42,014 bases of DNA from IMG/VR virus record IMGVR_UViG_3300043406_000067, positions 1 through 42,014 of that record; one strand, 5' to 3'. Made by a program: the position numbers and the translations under genes. Under the pieces are notes generated by a model. That model saw nothing but the letters and a program-made list of their open reading frames with translations, did not search any database and had not been told where the DNA came from. This document shows positions 34,403-42,014 of the stretch, piece after piece (position 1 is the first letter of the stretch; every line of letters begins with the position of its first letter). The stretch comes from a virus. Its lineage: Duplodnaviria > Caudoviricetes.

Positions 34403-34990
34403 ATGGCCGAAACGCTCCTCACCGAGGCCCTGCTGTCCGTCGACGAGGCCGAGGTCTACCTCAAGATCACGCCGGGTACGGCGACCGAACTCCTGACGCG
34501 GCTCATCAACTACGTGACCGGGCAGTTCGAGCTGCACACGCTGCGGCATCTGAAGACCCGCGCCTACAGCGGGAACGCGATGCTGGTCGACGGGGAGGGG
34601 ACGAACGAGATCGACGCCAAGGAGTGGCCGGTTACGCTCCTGTCCGCGATCAAGGAACTGGCCCTCGACGGCACCGTGCTGCGGACGCTCAATATCAGCG
34701 GCGCGCGGATCTCGGCGGCCGGCACGATCTACCTCATGAATGACGTCCTGGCGGAGGGCTCGCTGAACCACCAGCTCGAGCTCACGGCCGGCTACGTCGC
34801 GACGTCGGCCGACTGGAAGGCGATCACCGGCGCCGCGCTCCGCTACCTGCAGTTCATGTACGTCGACCAGGCCAACGTGATCGGGCGGGGCGCCACGATC
34901 TCGGTCGGTGGCGAGTCGACCAGCCTGCCGGACATCGCCATGCCGAAGGACGTCCTGCGCGCGCTCGCGCCGTTCGTGAGGCTGCTGTGA
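34403..34990 (+). CDS. Head-tail adaptor (HK97 gp6 / SPP1 gp15-like)
   Basis: LLSVDEAEVYLKI, LTAGY and MPKDVLRALAPF motifs. Confidence 0.8.
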   Translation: MAETLLTEALLSVDEAEVYLKITPGTATELLTRLINYVTGQFELHTLRHLKTRAYSGNAMLVDGEGTNEIDAKEWPVTLLSAIKELALDGTVLRTLNISGARISAAGTIYLMNDVLAEGSLNHQLELTAGYVATSADWKAITGAALRYLQFMYVDQANVIGRGATISVGGESTSLPDIAMPKDVLRALAPFVRLL

Positions 34991-35619
34991 TCGCGATCTC
35001 GACCAAGGGCGTCCCGAACGTGCTCGCCAACATGGACCGCGGCGTCGTGGCGGTGCGGCGCGAGAAACGGGTCGCCATGGAGCGCGTCGTGCGCACCGTC
35101 GAGCGCGACCTCAAGCAGCGCGGGCTGACCGGGCAGAAGGGATCGCACCCGCTGTTCGGCGTGACCGGCGCGAGCGGGAACTCGGTCGGCGTGCGTTCCG
35201 GTCACCTGCGGCGCTCGATCGTGTCGCGCGTGTTCGACGCGGCCGGGGTCTCGATCGGGGTGATCGGGTCACCGCTGCCGCAGGCGAAGGTGCATGAGAA
35301 GGGCGGCGTGATCTCGGGCAGCCCGTACCTGCGGATCCCGACGCGCGAGATGCAGACCGGTGCCGGCGTCGACCGCCTGGCCGGCCAGAGCGCGCGCTCG
35401 CTGCCGAACTCGTTCGTCTTCCGGTCAAAGGCCGGGAACCTGTGGATCGCGATGCGGAACGGCGGGCAGCTGGTGCTCGCCTACCTGCTCAAGCTGCAGG
35501 TGAAGATCCGCGCGCGGCGTCCCTTCGGTGCGACGCTCGACCGCAACCGCCAGTTGATCCGCGACACGTTCAAGCGTGGCGGCGCGTCGATCACCTCGGC
35601 CGCGAACGGGAGGCGATAG
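34987..35619 (+). CDS. Neck/tail-completion protein (HK97 gp10-like)
   Basis: VRSGHLRRSI, AKVHEKGG and IRARRPF motifs. Confidence 0.75.
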   Translation: MIAISTKGVPNVLANMDRGVVAVRREKRVAMERVVRTVERDLKQRGLTGQKGSHPLFGVTGASGNSVGVRSGHLRRSIVSRVFDAAGVSIGVIGSPLPQAKVHEKGGVISGSPYLRIPTREMQTGAGVDRLAGQSARSLPNSFVFRSKAGNLWIAMRNGGQLVLAYLLKLQVKIRARRPFGATLDRNRQLIRDTFKRGGASITSAANGRR

Positions 35620-36087
35620 GTGGCGCGCCCGGATTCCATGCACAACCGGATCGAGGACGCGATCGTGACCCTGCTCGGCTCGATCGACAACGTGTCCGAC
35701 GCGAACTCGTGGCTCACGAAGCCGAAGGTCGTCGCGCGCGGTTTCACGTTCGGGGCGTGGAACGGCGCGGCGACCCCGGCACTGTTCGTCGAGACGGCCG
35801 ACTGGGACATGGAGGACCGCGGCGTCAATCACGTCCAGAAGGTGCGCGTCGTGGTCTGGTGCCTGACCGACGCCTCGGCGACCGGGCTCGACCTACTGAA
35901 CAAGCTCGAGGCCGACGTGATGTATGCCGTCCTGAAGTCGCCGAACGAGTACCTCTCCGGCCTGGTGCGGCGACTGAAGGTGCTGCGCGGCGAGCCGGAA
36001 TACGAGCGGCGCTCGGTTGCCGGCAAAGCGATCTCTGCTGTCGTACTCGAGGCCGAGTACGCCCACGACCACACCGCCGTCACGTAG
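35620..36087 (+). CDS. Tail terminator protein (putative)
   Basis: Size and position before the tail tube; TPALFV motif. Confidence 0.6.
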   Translation: MARPDSMHNRIEDAIVTLLGSIDNVSDANSWLTKPKVVARGFTFGAWNGAATPALFVETADWDMEDRGVNHVQKVRVVVWCLTDASATGLDLLNKLEADVMYAVLKSPNEYLSGLVRRLKVLRGEPEYERRSVAGKAISAVVLEAEYAHDHTAVT

Positions 36088-36101
36088 GGGAGACTGAAAC
36101 G

Positions 36102-37103
36102 ATGCCAATCCAGCCGCCGGGCCTCGCACACAAGGGGAGCATTTCGCTCTCGAAGGAAACGACGCAGGGCACCGCCGCGACGGGCACGGCGAACGTGCGG
36201 TATCCGCTCATCTCGGCGCCGACGATCACGCCTGGCGTCTCGATGGTCGAGTCGCGGTCGATGAACCCGAACGCCTCGACGCCGCGCTTCCTCGGGCAGG
36301 GACCGCAGCAGCCGCGCATCCGGTTCGAGATCGAGATCCCCTACGAGGGATTCGAGCACATCATCCGCGCGGCGCTTCCGAGCGTCGCTCGAGCAGCGGG
36401 CCCGCCCGTCGTGTTCACGTCCAAGGAAGCCGCGACTGACCCGTTCTCCTACACGGTCGAAGCCGATCTCGGCGGGATCCCGACCGGCAAGGTGAATCAG
36501 ATGGTCGGGTCGCGGCTGATCGAGCTCGTGATCGCCGGCCGCGTGGGGGAGATGCTGACCGCGCAGATCGAGATGGCGGGGATGTCGATCACCGAGAACG
36601 TCACGGCGCTGACGCAGCCGACGATCAACGCCGACAACGGCATCCTGTGGCACCACGCGCTCGCGGCGAACATCCTCGACGGATCGGGCGTCGCCGGTGC
36701 CGACATCGAGCTCAACAGCTTCGAGCTGTCGCTGCGGATTCCGCACAAGACGGACCGCCTGTACTTCGGCAGCGTGCAGCCGGCCGTGCCGGTGCGGATC
36801 GGGAACGCGCCGTTCCGCTGGTCGATGGGCATGGTCTATTCGTCGCACCTGCTGATGAACAAGGCGCGCACGAACGCCGCCGCTGCCGGCGGGATCGAAC
36901 TGAAGTTCCAGGGCGGCACTGTGTCGGGCGGCAACTACGCGCTGCAGATGAAGGCGCAGAACCCGGTCGCTGCCGAGTTCGCTCAGGAGATCCCGAACTT
37001 CGACCTCATCACGCAGAACGTCACATGGGGCCTCGCGTACCACGTCGGAGACGCGAGTGCGATCGTAATCACGACGACGAATGCTGGGGCGGCTCTGCCA
37101 TGA
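36102..37103 (+). CDS. Major tail (tube) protein
   Basis: GGGGAG RBS; SLSKETTQGT N-terminal motif; 333 aa beta-rich; precedes chaperone and tape measure. Confidence 0.8.
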   Translation: MPIQPPGLAHKGSISLSKETTQGTAATGTANVRYPLISAPTITPGVSMVESRSMNPNASTPRFLGQGPQQPRIRFEIEIPYEGFEHIIRAALPSVARAAGPPVVFTSKEAATDPFSYTVEADLGGIPTGKVNQMVGSRLIELVIAGRVGEMLTAQIEMAGMSITENVTALTQPTINADNGILWHHALAANILDGSGVAGADIELNSFELSLRIPHKTDRLYFGSVQPAVPVRIGNAPFRWSMGMVYSSHLLMNKARTNAAAAGGIELKFQGGTVSGGNYALQMKAQNPVAAEFAQEIPNFDLITQNVTWGLAYHVGDASAIVITTTNAGAALP

Positions 37104-37624
37104 GCGATACGACAACGGGCTGCACCAGCATTCCCGAGCCGTCGACCATCGTCGAACTGCTCGATCTCAGGGACATCTACGGCGCGGCAGTGCGAGTGCG
37201 CGTCTATCGCACAGCTCCCGAGGACTTCCTGCGGGTCAGGGGCCTGCCGGGCGAAGTGCCGCCGCGCCCCGAAGGCGCACCGAACGTCGCAATCCAAGGA
37301 TCACGTCCCGAGGACGCAGACGCTGGCGTGCAGATGGCGTGGGACGTGATCGAGAAATCGGTGGCGTTCGATGCGCCCGAGGGACCGATCCGCCCGGCGT
37401 TCGCTCGAGCGCCCAAGGGCGGCACGCTGCCGCACTCCTACCTGAGCGCGCGAGACGTCCAGCACCTGGTCAAGGCGGTCGCCGAGTTCTCCATGGGAGG
37501 CGACGCGAGCGCGCGCCGATTTCCGGACGTGGCTGGTGTCCCGGCTGGGGGCGCCGGTGGCGTGGGAACTGTGGCGACTGGCGACGGGGACGGGGACGCG
37601 CCCGAGCGAACTCCTACGGGGTGA
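37100..37624 (+). CDS. Tail assembly chaperone (gpG-like)
   Basis: ATGA coupling; position between tube and tape measure genes. Confidence 0.75.
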   Translation: MSDTTTGCTSIPEPSTIVELLDLRDIYGAAVRVRVYRTAPEDFLRVRGLPGEVPPRPEGAPNVAIQGSRPEDADAGVQMAWDVIEKSVAFDAPEGPIRPAFARAPKGGTLPHSYLSARDVQHLVKAVAEFSMGGDASARRFPDVAGVPAGGAGGVGTVATGDGDGDAPERTPTG

Positions 37625-37745
37625 CCTCGTGGACCTCGCGCTCGATGTCTCGGTGATGCGAGGCGCGCTCGAGTACCAGCGCGCGCAGATCGCACTCTCG
37701 AAGGATCCGCTGTCGGCGATGGTGCAGCTCATCTCTGAGAGGTGA
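37520..37745 (+). CDS. Frameshift extension (gpT-like) of the tail chaperone, +1 frame
   Basis: CGA TTT CCG at 37517-37525; the +1 frame reads RTWLVSRLG...WRLATGTGTRPSELL...LALD and stops 3 nt before the tape measure ATG. Confidence 0.65.
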
Positions 37746-37748
37746 TCC

Positions 37749-39272
37749 ATGGCTGACAACACCGTCGAGATCCTGATCAAAGCCCGCGACGAGGCGACCC
37801 GCGTGTTCCGCGAGGTCAACAAGGGCGCCGACGAGCTGCAGGGCAACCTGTCCGGCTTCACGCGGTTCATCCCGATCGAGGCGGCAGTCGGGACGGCGGT
37901 GCTCGGGATGGGCGCGGCGGTGTTTACGGCGGCCCGCCAGGCGTCGGACCTGAACGAGCAGCTCGACCGGATCTCCCGCCGGACCCGCGTCGCGAGCGAG
38001 ACGCTGCAGGTGATGCGCGCGGTCATCGCGGAGTCGGGCGGGAACGCCGAGTCGCTGACGACCGCCCTGACGTTCCTCAACCGCGCGATCGCCGACCAGA
38101 ACCCACTGCTCCGCCAGCTCGGGATCACCACGCGCGACGCGGGCGCGGCCTTCCTGCAACTGGGCCGGATCTTCGCAAGCTCAAGCGACCAGGCGCTGAA
38201 GACGAAGGTCGCGTTCGAGCTGCTCGGGCGTGGCGGCGCCGAGGTGATCGCCGACATCGAGGACATCGCGTCGGCGTTCCCGCAGATGGACGCGGCGCTT
38301 CGGCAGTCGGGCGCGCTGATCACGAGCGAGACGGCTCCGGCGCTGCGCGAGCTCGACGACGAACTGGACCGCCTCGCGCGCAACTGGACCGGCGCATGGA
38401 GAAGCATCGGCTCGGCGGTGGCGCCCGCCGTGGCTGAGGTGCTGAAGGGCATCAACGACATGACCGAAGCCGCCCGGCGGCTGTCCAAGGGCGCGCCTCT
38501 GAGCGCGTTCGGCGGCGGTGCGTTCCGAGGCGCAGGCGCTCTCGCCGGCCAGCAGCTCAACCAGGCCGGGACCGCCGAGCAGGGCCCACACGCGACGCTC
38601 GAGCAGCTCATGGGCGGCGAGCAGGCGCGGCAGATCGCCGAGCAGCGCGCACGGTTCGCTCGCATGGCCGAGGGCAACGTGATCGACGCCGCCCGCGAGG
38701 CCGCCGCGCAGCAGCCGCGGACGATCCTGCGCGATCGGGGCAAAGTGGTCGCCGACGACCTGGCCGAGACGCGCGAGGCGGTGCTCGGTGAAATGGAACT
38801 CATGCTGCAGGGCTGGCGCGAGTTCACTGACCAGATCACGAGCAGCGCGTCGATCGTCGACGCCGGGATCCGCGCCGTCTTCGACGGACTGCAGAACGGA
38901 TTCCAGCAGGCGTTCCACGGGCTGATCTCGGGCGCGATGAACCTGCGCCAGGCCATGACGGCGATCTTCCGCGCGCTGGTCGACGAGATCATCCGCGAGC
39001 TCGCGCGCATCGCGGCCGCGCAGGTATTCAGTCAGCTGCTGAAGCTCGGGCTGAACATCGCGAGCGGGGGATCCGCGATCCCGTTCGCACCGATCACGCC
39101 GGCACTCGACCCTGGTGCGGGCGGCATCTTCCGCAGCCGTCGCGGCGAAGGGAACACCTACAACACGACCATCAGCACGATCGACGCGAAGTCGTTCCTC
39201 GATCTGATGCGCTCGCCGTCCGGGGCGATCAACGCGGCCGAGTTCCGGGTCGCAGAAGCGGGCATCGCGTGA
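37749..39272 (+). CDS. Tape measure protein (507 aa)
   Basis: VEILIKARDEA N-terminus, ELLGRGG motif, Ala-rich helical sequence, position. Confidence 0.88.
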   Translation: MADNTVEILIKARDEATRVFREVNKGADELQGNLSGFTRFIPIEAAVGTAVLGMGAAVFTAARQASDLNEQLDRISRRTRVASETLQVMRAVIAESGGNAESLTTALTFLNRAIADQNPLLRQLGITTRDAGAAFLQLGRIFASSSDQALKTKVAFELLGRGGAEVIADIEDIASAFPQMDAALRQSGALITSETAPALRELDDELDRLARNWTGAWRSIGSAVAPAVAEVLKGINDMTEAARRLSKGAPLSAFGGGAFRGAGALAGQQLNQAGTAEQGPHATLEQLMGGEQARQIAEQRARFARMAEGNVIDAAREAAAQQPRTILRDRGKVVADDLAETREAVLGEMELMLQGWREFTDQITSSASIVDAGIRAVFDGLQNGFQQAFHGLISGAMNLRQAMTAIFRALVDEIIRELARIAAAQVFSQLLKLGLNIASGGSAIPFAPITPALDPGAGGIFRSRRGEGNTYNTTISTIDAKSFLDLMRSPSGAINAAEFRVAEAGIA

Positions 39273-40069
39273 GCGCTCTCCGGACCACGAAGTTCCTGTA
39301 CTCGGATTTCGCCGACCCCGCGCTCGGCGCCGCGAACTTCTCGGGCGCGAGCCCTCCGGGAGGCTACGGTCCGTTGACGGCCGTCGCCGGCTACCAGCTC
39401 TCGGCGGCGCTGCATCACTCGCGGCACGCGGTGACGAAGCTCCCGGGATCGAACGGGACCTACGACATCGACCTCGGTGCGGCGCGCGACATCGAGGCCT
39501 TCGCCATGTGCAACGTGTTCCTCGACAGCGGCAGCAACTTCCCGGTGATCACGATCTGGTCGAGCCCCGACAATTCGCTCTGGTACAGCCATGGGACGCA
39601 GTTCGACAGCGCCGGCTGGATCGGCACGCGCGACCGGTTCTACCGGTTGCCGGCGATCTACTCGCGCCGCTACTGGCGACTCCAGGTCGCAACCGGTACC
39701 GCGTGGTACGTCGGGAAGATCTTCCTTGGCAAGTTCCTGGAGTTCGAGCACGGGCTCTACTCGCCGGGCTCGAGCCGGCAGGCGGTCCCGTCCGCGATCG
39801 TGAACAAGAGCGAGAGCGGGCGCCCCGTCGTCCACTACGTCGACCAGGCGCGGCTGCGGTTCAGGAACATATACGAGACGGCGCCCGACGATTTCAGGGT
39901 CGCGGTCGAGTCGATCGGCCTGAACGGGAAGCCGTTCGTCTACGTTGATCCGGTTGGCGTCGCGCGGCACGTGATCATGCGCGACCTGTCGGCGCCGACG
40001 GCGGGCCATGCCGCTCACGACGGCGTCGACTACTGGGACTTCGACCTCGAGATGGAGCAGCTCGTCTAA
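39269..40069 (+). CDS. Distal tail (Dit-like) protein with discoidin-like domain
   Basis: Follows tape measure; DIDLGAARDI, SSPDNSLW and RRYWRL motifs. Confidence 0.6.
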   Translation: MSALRTTKFLYSDFADPALGAANFSGASPPGGYGPLTAVAGYQLSAALHHSRHAVTKLPGSNGTYDIDLGAARDIEAFAMCNVFLDSGSNFPVITIWSSPDNSLWYSHGTQFDSAGWIGTRDRFYRLPAIYSRRYWRLQVATGTAWYVGKIFLGKFLEFEHGLYSPGSSRQAVPSAIVNKSESGRPVVHYVDQARLRFRNIYETAPDDFRVAVESIGLNGKPFVYVDPVGVARHVIMRDLSAPTAGHAAHDGVDYWDFDLEMEQLV

Positions 40070-42014
40070 TGAGCATTGCGACCCCGGCGACCGCGGCCTT
40101 CCTGGCGCTCTGGAACCCGCTGTCGAACGAGCCCTCGACGCTCGTGCGGGTCACGCTCGCGGTCCCTGGCGCGCTGACGCTGAACTTCGCGACGCGGCCG
40201 GTGCGCACGCCCGACTCCGTGATCTGGCAGCCGATGATCGCGCGCACGTCGCCGATCGACTCGCCGGGCGAGATCCTCGACCCAGGCCCGGCCCCGGTGA
40301 CCTTCGACTTCACGTGCGAAGACGACCGCCTAAACGCGCAGGCAACCGGGACTCTGTCGGACCTCATGCGCTCGTACTTGTTCGAGGGCGCCACTGTGCA
40401 GGTCTGGCTCTGGGTCGAAGGCCTGACCAGCTTCGCGGACGCGCTGCCGGTGTTCTCTGGCGTGATCGGCCGCGTGGCCGGTGCCTCCGACTCGCACCGC
40501 GTGACCTTCTTCTGCGCACAGCGCCGCTGGAACCGCCAGGTGCCACCGAACCGCATCACGCAGACCTCGCACCCGAACGCGCCGGCGTCGTCGCTCGGTC
40601 TGCCGCGCCCGCTGGTCTATGGCGAGTTCAGGAACGACGGCATGCGGCAGCCGTGGACCGGGGCCTACAGCCTTTCGGGCACGCTCTACAACAAGACGCA
40701 GCAGGAGGACTGCGGCGACGGCGCGCTGTCCATTCCGGGGATCCTGATCGACAGCGGCGTGGGCGGTGCAGACGCGAAGATCCTGCTTGCCGATCACGCG
40801 CTGCTGCAGATCGGCAACGCCGGCACGGCCGACGACGGATACCCGCAGACGATCGCGGACGAAACGCTCGCGCGCCTCGAGGTGCCCTACGCTGATCTCT
40901 TGTCGGACAAGTCGGGGTTCTACCTGAAGGACAATCGTCATATTGCTTGGGTGGGCGTCCCGTTCAGCGAGGTCCGCATCGACGGCTCGTTCCCGAACAC
41001 GGCGCTGAAGCCCCGCGGCGCTCTCGATCTCGACGAGACGAACTACGCCTCACTCGAGGACACCGGCACGCACCAGCGGCTGTCGCTGATCCCTGCGAAC
41101 GTTGGCCAACAGGGCGAGCTGCTCGGGTGCGATCTCGTGATTGGCTACCGTACCAAGAACACGTCGACCGAGGTCGGCGTCCGCTACAACCGGCCCGACA
41201 ATGTCGGGAACTTCCCGGGCTACACGCTCCTCACCGCGCACACGGGCATCGTCGAACCTATGCGGCCGGTCGTCGAGCGCGTGGCGATCCCGCTCGCGCC
41301 GGCGGATCCGCCGATTCCCACGAGCAGCGGCCGCGTCACGCGCGACTGGAACTTCGCCGCCGGCGACGTGAACATCGCGATCACCTCGGCGGCGAATCAG
41401 TTCGCCCACGTCTTCTTCTGCCGACTGGTCGCGCGCTATCGGCCGTCACAGGCGCTGGTCACGCCTCCGGCATTCCTGCGTCCGGTGAAGTCCTACGGCG
41501 CCGGCGGAAGGAACGAGACCTACCGGAAGAAGAAGAAGGACACCGTCTACTTCGCGAGCCGCGATTCAGTGTTCTCGCCGGCGGTGTACGAGGTGCAGGG
41601 CCAGTTCTACGCGAACGTGATGGGCCGCCCCGACTCGACTGGCGCCTATACCGACGTCGTCGACGAGGTGATCGAGGTCGCGCCGGACATCGCGCGGCAC
41701 TTCCTCGAGAACTACTGCAACCAGAGTCCGGCCCAGATCGAGGTCGGCGTCGCGACCTTCGGCTCGTTCATTCGCGCGAGGTCGCAGGCGACGCAGATCG
41801 AGGGGAATCAGGTCACGCTCGGCTGCCATGTCGGCTCCGAGATCGAGGCGCGCCAGGTGCTCGAGGCGATCGGCGAGCAGACTCCGGCGATGATCCGGCT
41901 CGACCGGTTCACGGATAAGTGGCATTTCATCCCGTGGAATCCGCGGCCGCAGCTCGCGAACTTCCCGCGCCGCCTAGTGGCCGAGGACATCCTCGAGAAC
42001 GGGCTCGAGTGGGA
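40069..42014 (+). CDS. N-terminal part of the tail-tip hub/central fibre protein (continues across the junction to 2980)
   Basis: ATG overlapping the upstream TAA; no stop found on manual translation; PVFSGVI and LGLPRPLVYG hub motifs; missed by the ORF track because it has no stop in the window. Confidence 0.85.
   Translation, partial: MSIATPATAAFLALWNPLSNEPSTLVRVTLAVPGALTLNFATRPVRTPDSVIWQPMIARTSPIDSPGEILDPGPAPVTFDFTCEDDRLNAQATGTLSDLMRSYLFEGATVQVWLWVEGLTSFADALPVFSGVIGRVAGASDSHRVTFFCAQRRWNRQVPPNRITQTSHPNAPASSLGLPRPLVYGEFRNDGMRQPWTGAYSLSGTLYNKTQQEDCGDGALSIPGILIDSGVGGADAKILLADHALLQIGNAGTADDGYPQTIADETLARLEVPYADLLSDKSGFYLKDNRHIAWVGVPFSEVRIDGSFPNTALKPRGALDLDETNYASLEDTGTHQRLSLIPANVGQQGELLGCDLVIGYRTKNTSTEVGVRYNRPDNVGNFPGYTLLTAHTGIVEPMRPVVERVAIPLAPADPPIPTSSGRVTRDWNFAAGDVNIAITSAANQFAHVFFCRLVARYRPSQALVTPPAFLRPVKSYGAGGRNETYRKKKKDTVYFASRDSVFSPAVYEVQGQFYANVMGRPDSTGAYTDVVDEVIEVAPDIARHFLENYCNQSPAQIEVGVATFGSFIRARSQATQIEGNQVTLGCHVGSEIEARQVLEAIGEQTPAMIRLDRFTDKWHFIPWNPRPQLANFPRRLVAEDILENGLEW
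41877..42014. repeat. Terminal direct repeat, right copy
   Basis: Matches 1-138 with one mismatch. Confidence 0.97.

Noticed and set aside
35442-36101. Long N-terminal extensions in the ORF track (tail tube from 35442, capsid from 32149, chaperone from 36647, TerS from 26197, ATPase from 15677)
   Set aside because: They overlap upstream genes; downstream starts with an RBS or start/stop coupling fit better
1-42014. Integrase, reverse transcriptase/DGR, CRISPR array, tRNA, methyltransferase, ParA
   Set aside because: No diagnostic motifs, repeat-spacer pattern, template/variable repeat pair or cloverleaf found by eye; small or divergent cases could have been missed
1-42014. Abundant CTCGAG, TCGA and GATC words
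   Set aside because: Explained by preferred codons (CTC GAG, ATC, GTC GAC); not quantified

Overview
The window is an apparently complete, circularly assembled genome of a high-GC tailed dsDNA phage with a siphovirus-like gene set. Bases 1-138 repeat at 41877-42014 with one mismatch, giving a unit length of about 41,876 bp. The rightward late region runs TerS, TerL, portal-MuF fusion, Zn-ribbon, protease, major capsid, connectors, tail tube, tail chaperone with a predicted +1 frameshift, tape measure, Dit-like protein, a ~1,595-aa tail-tip protein spanning the contig junction, minor tail proteins and a SleB-type lysis cassette. A leftward early arm carries a ribbon-helix-helix (RHH) regulator, two XRE regulators, an SMC-like ATPase, a RecE-like exonuclease, ParB, RadC and a lipoprotein. 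A rightward replication arm carries a DUF1376/YdaU-like initiator with internal iterons and a VRR-NUC nuclease. I see no integrase, ParA, helicase or polymerase. Main oddities: (1) many exported or envelope proteins, including a 1,186-aa signal-peptide propeller/beta-helix/Ig protein upstream of terminase and an 8-stranded outer-membrane beta-barrel inside a lysis cassette with no visible o-spanin; (2) a tail-tip 8-repeat propeller resembling secreted surface proteins of FCB-group bacteria such as Ca. Eisenbacteria (recalled, not searched); (3) two identical 16-mers containing a 14-bp palindrome (parS candidates), one inside parB, suggesting a ParA-less phage-plasmid; (4) a 20-bp tandem repeat whose copy number sets the frame of a zinc-knuckle gene; (5) a possible face-to-face promoter switch. 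All family calls are by-eye motif recognition; no database searches were run.
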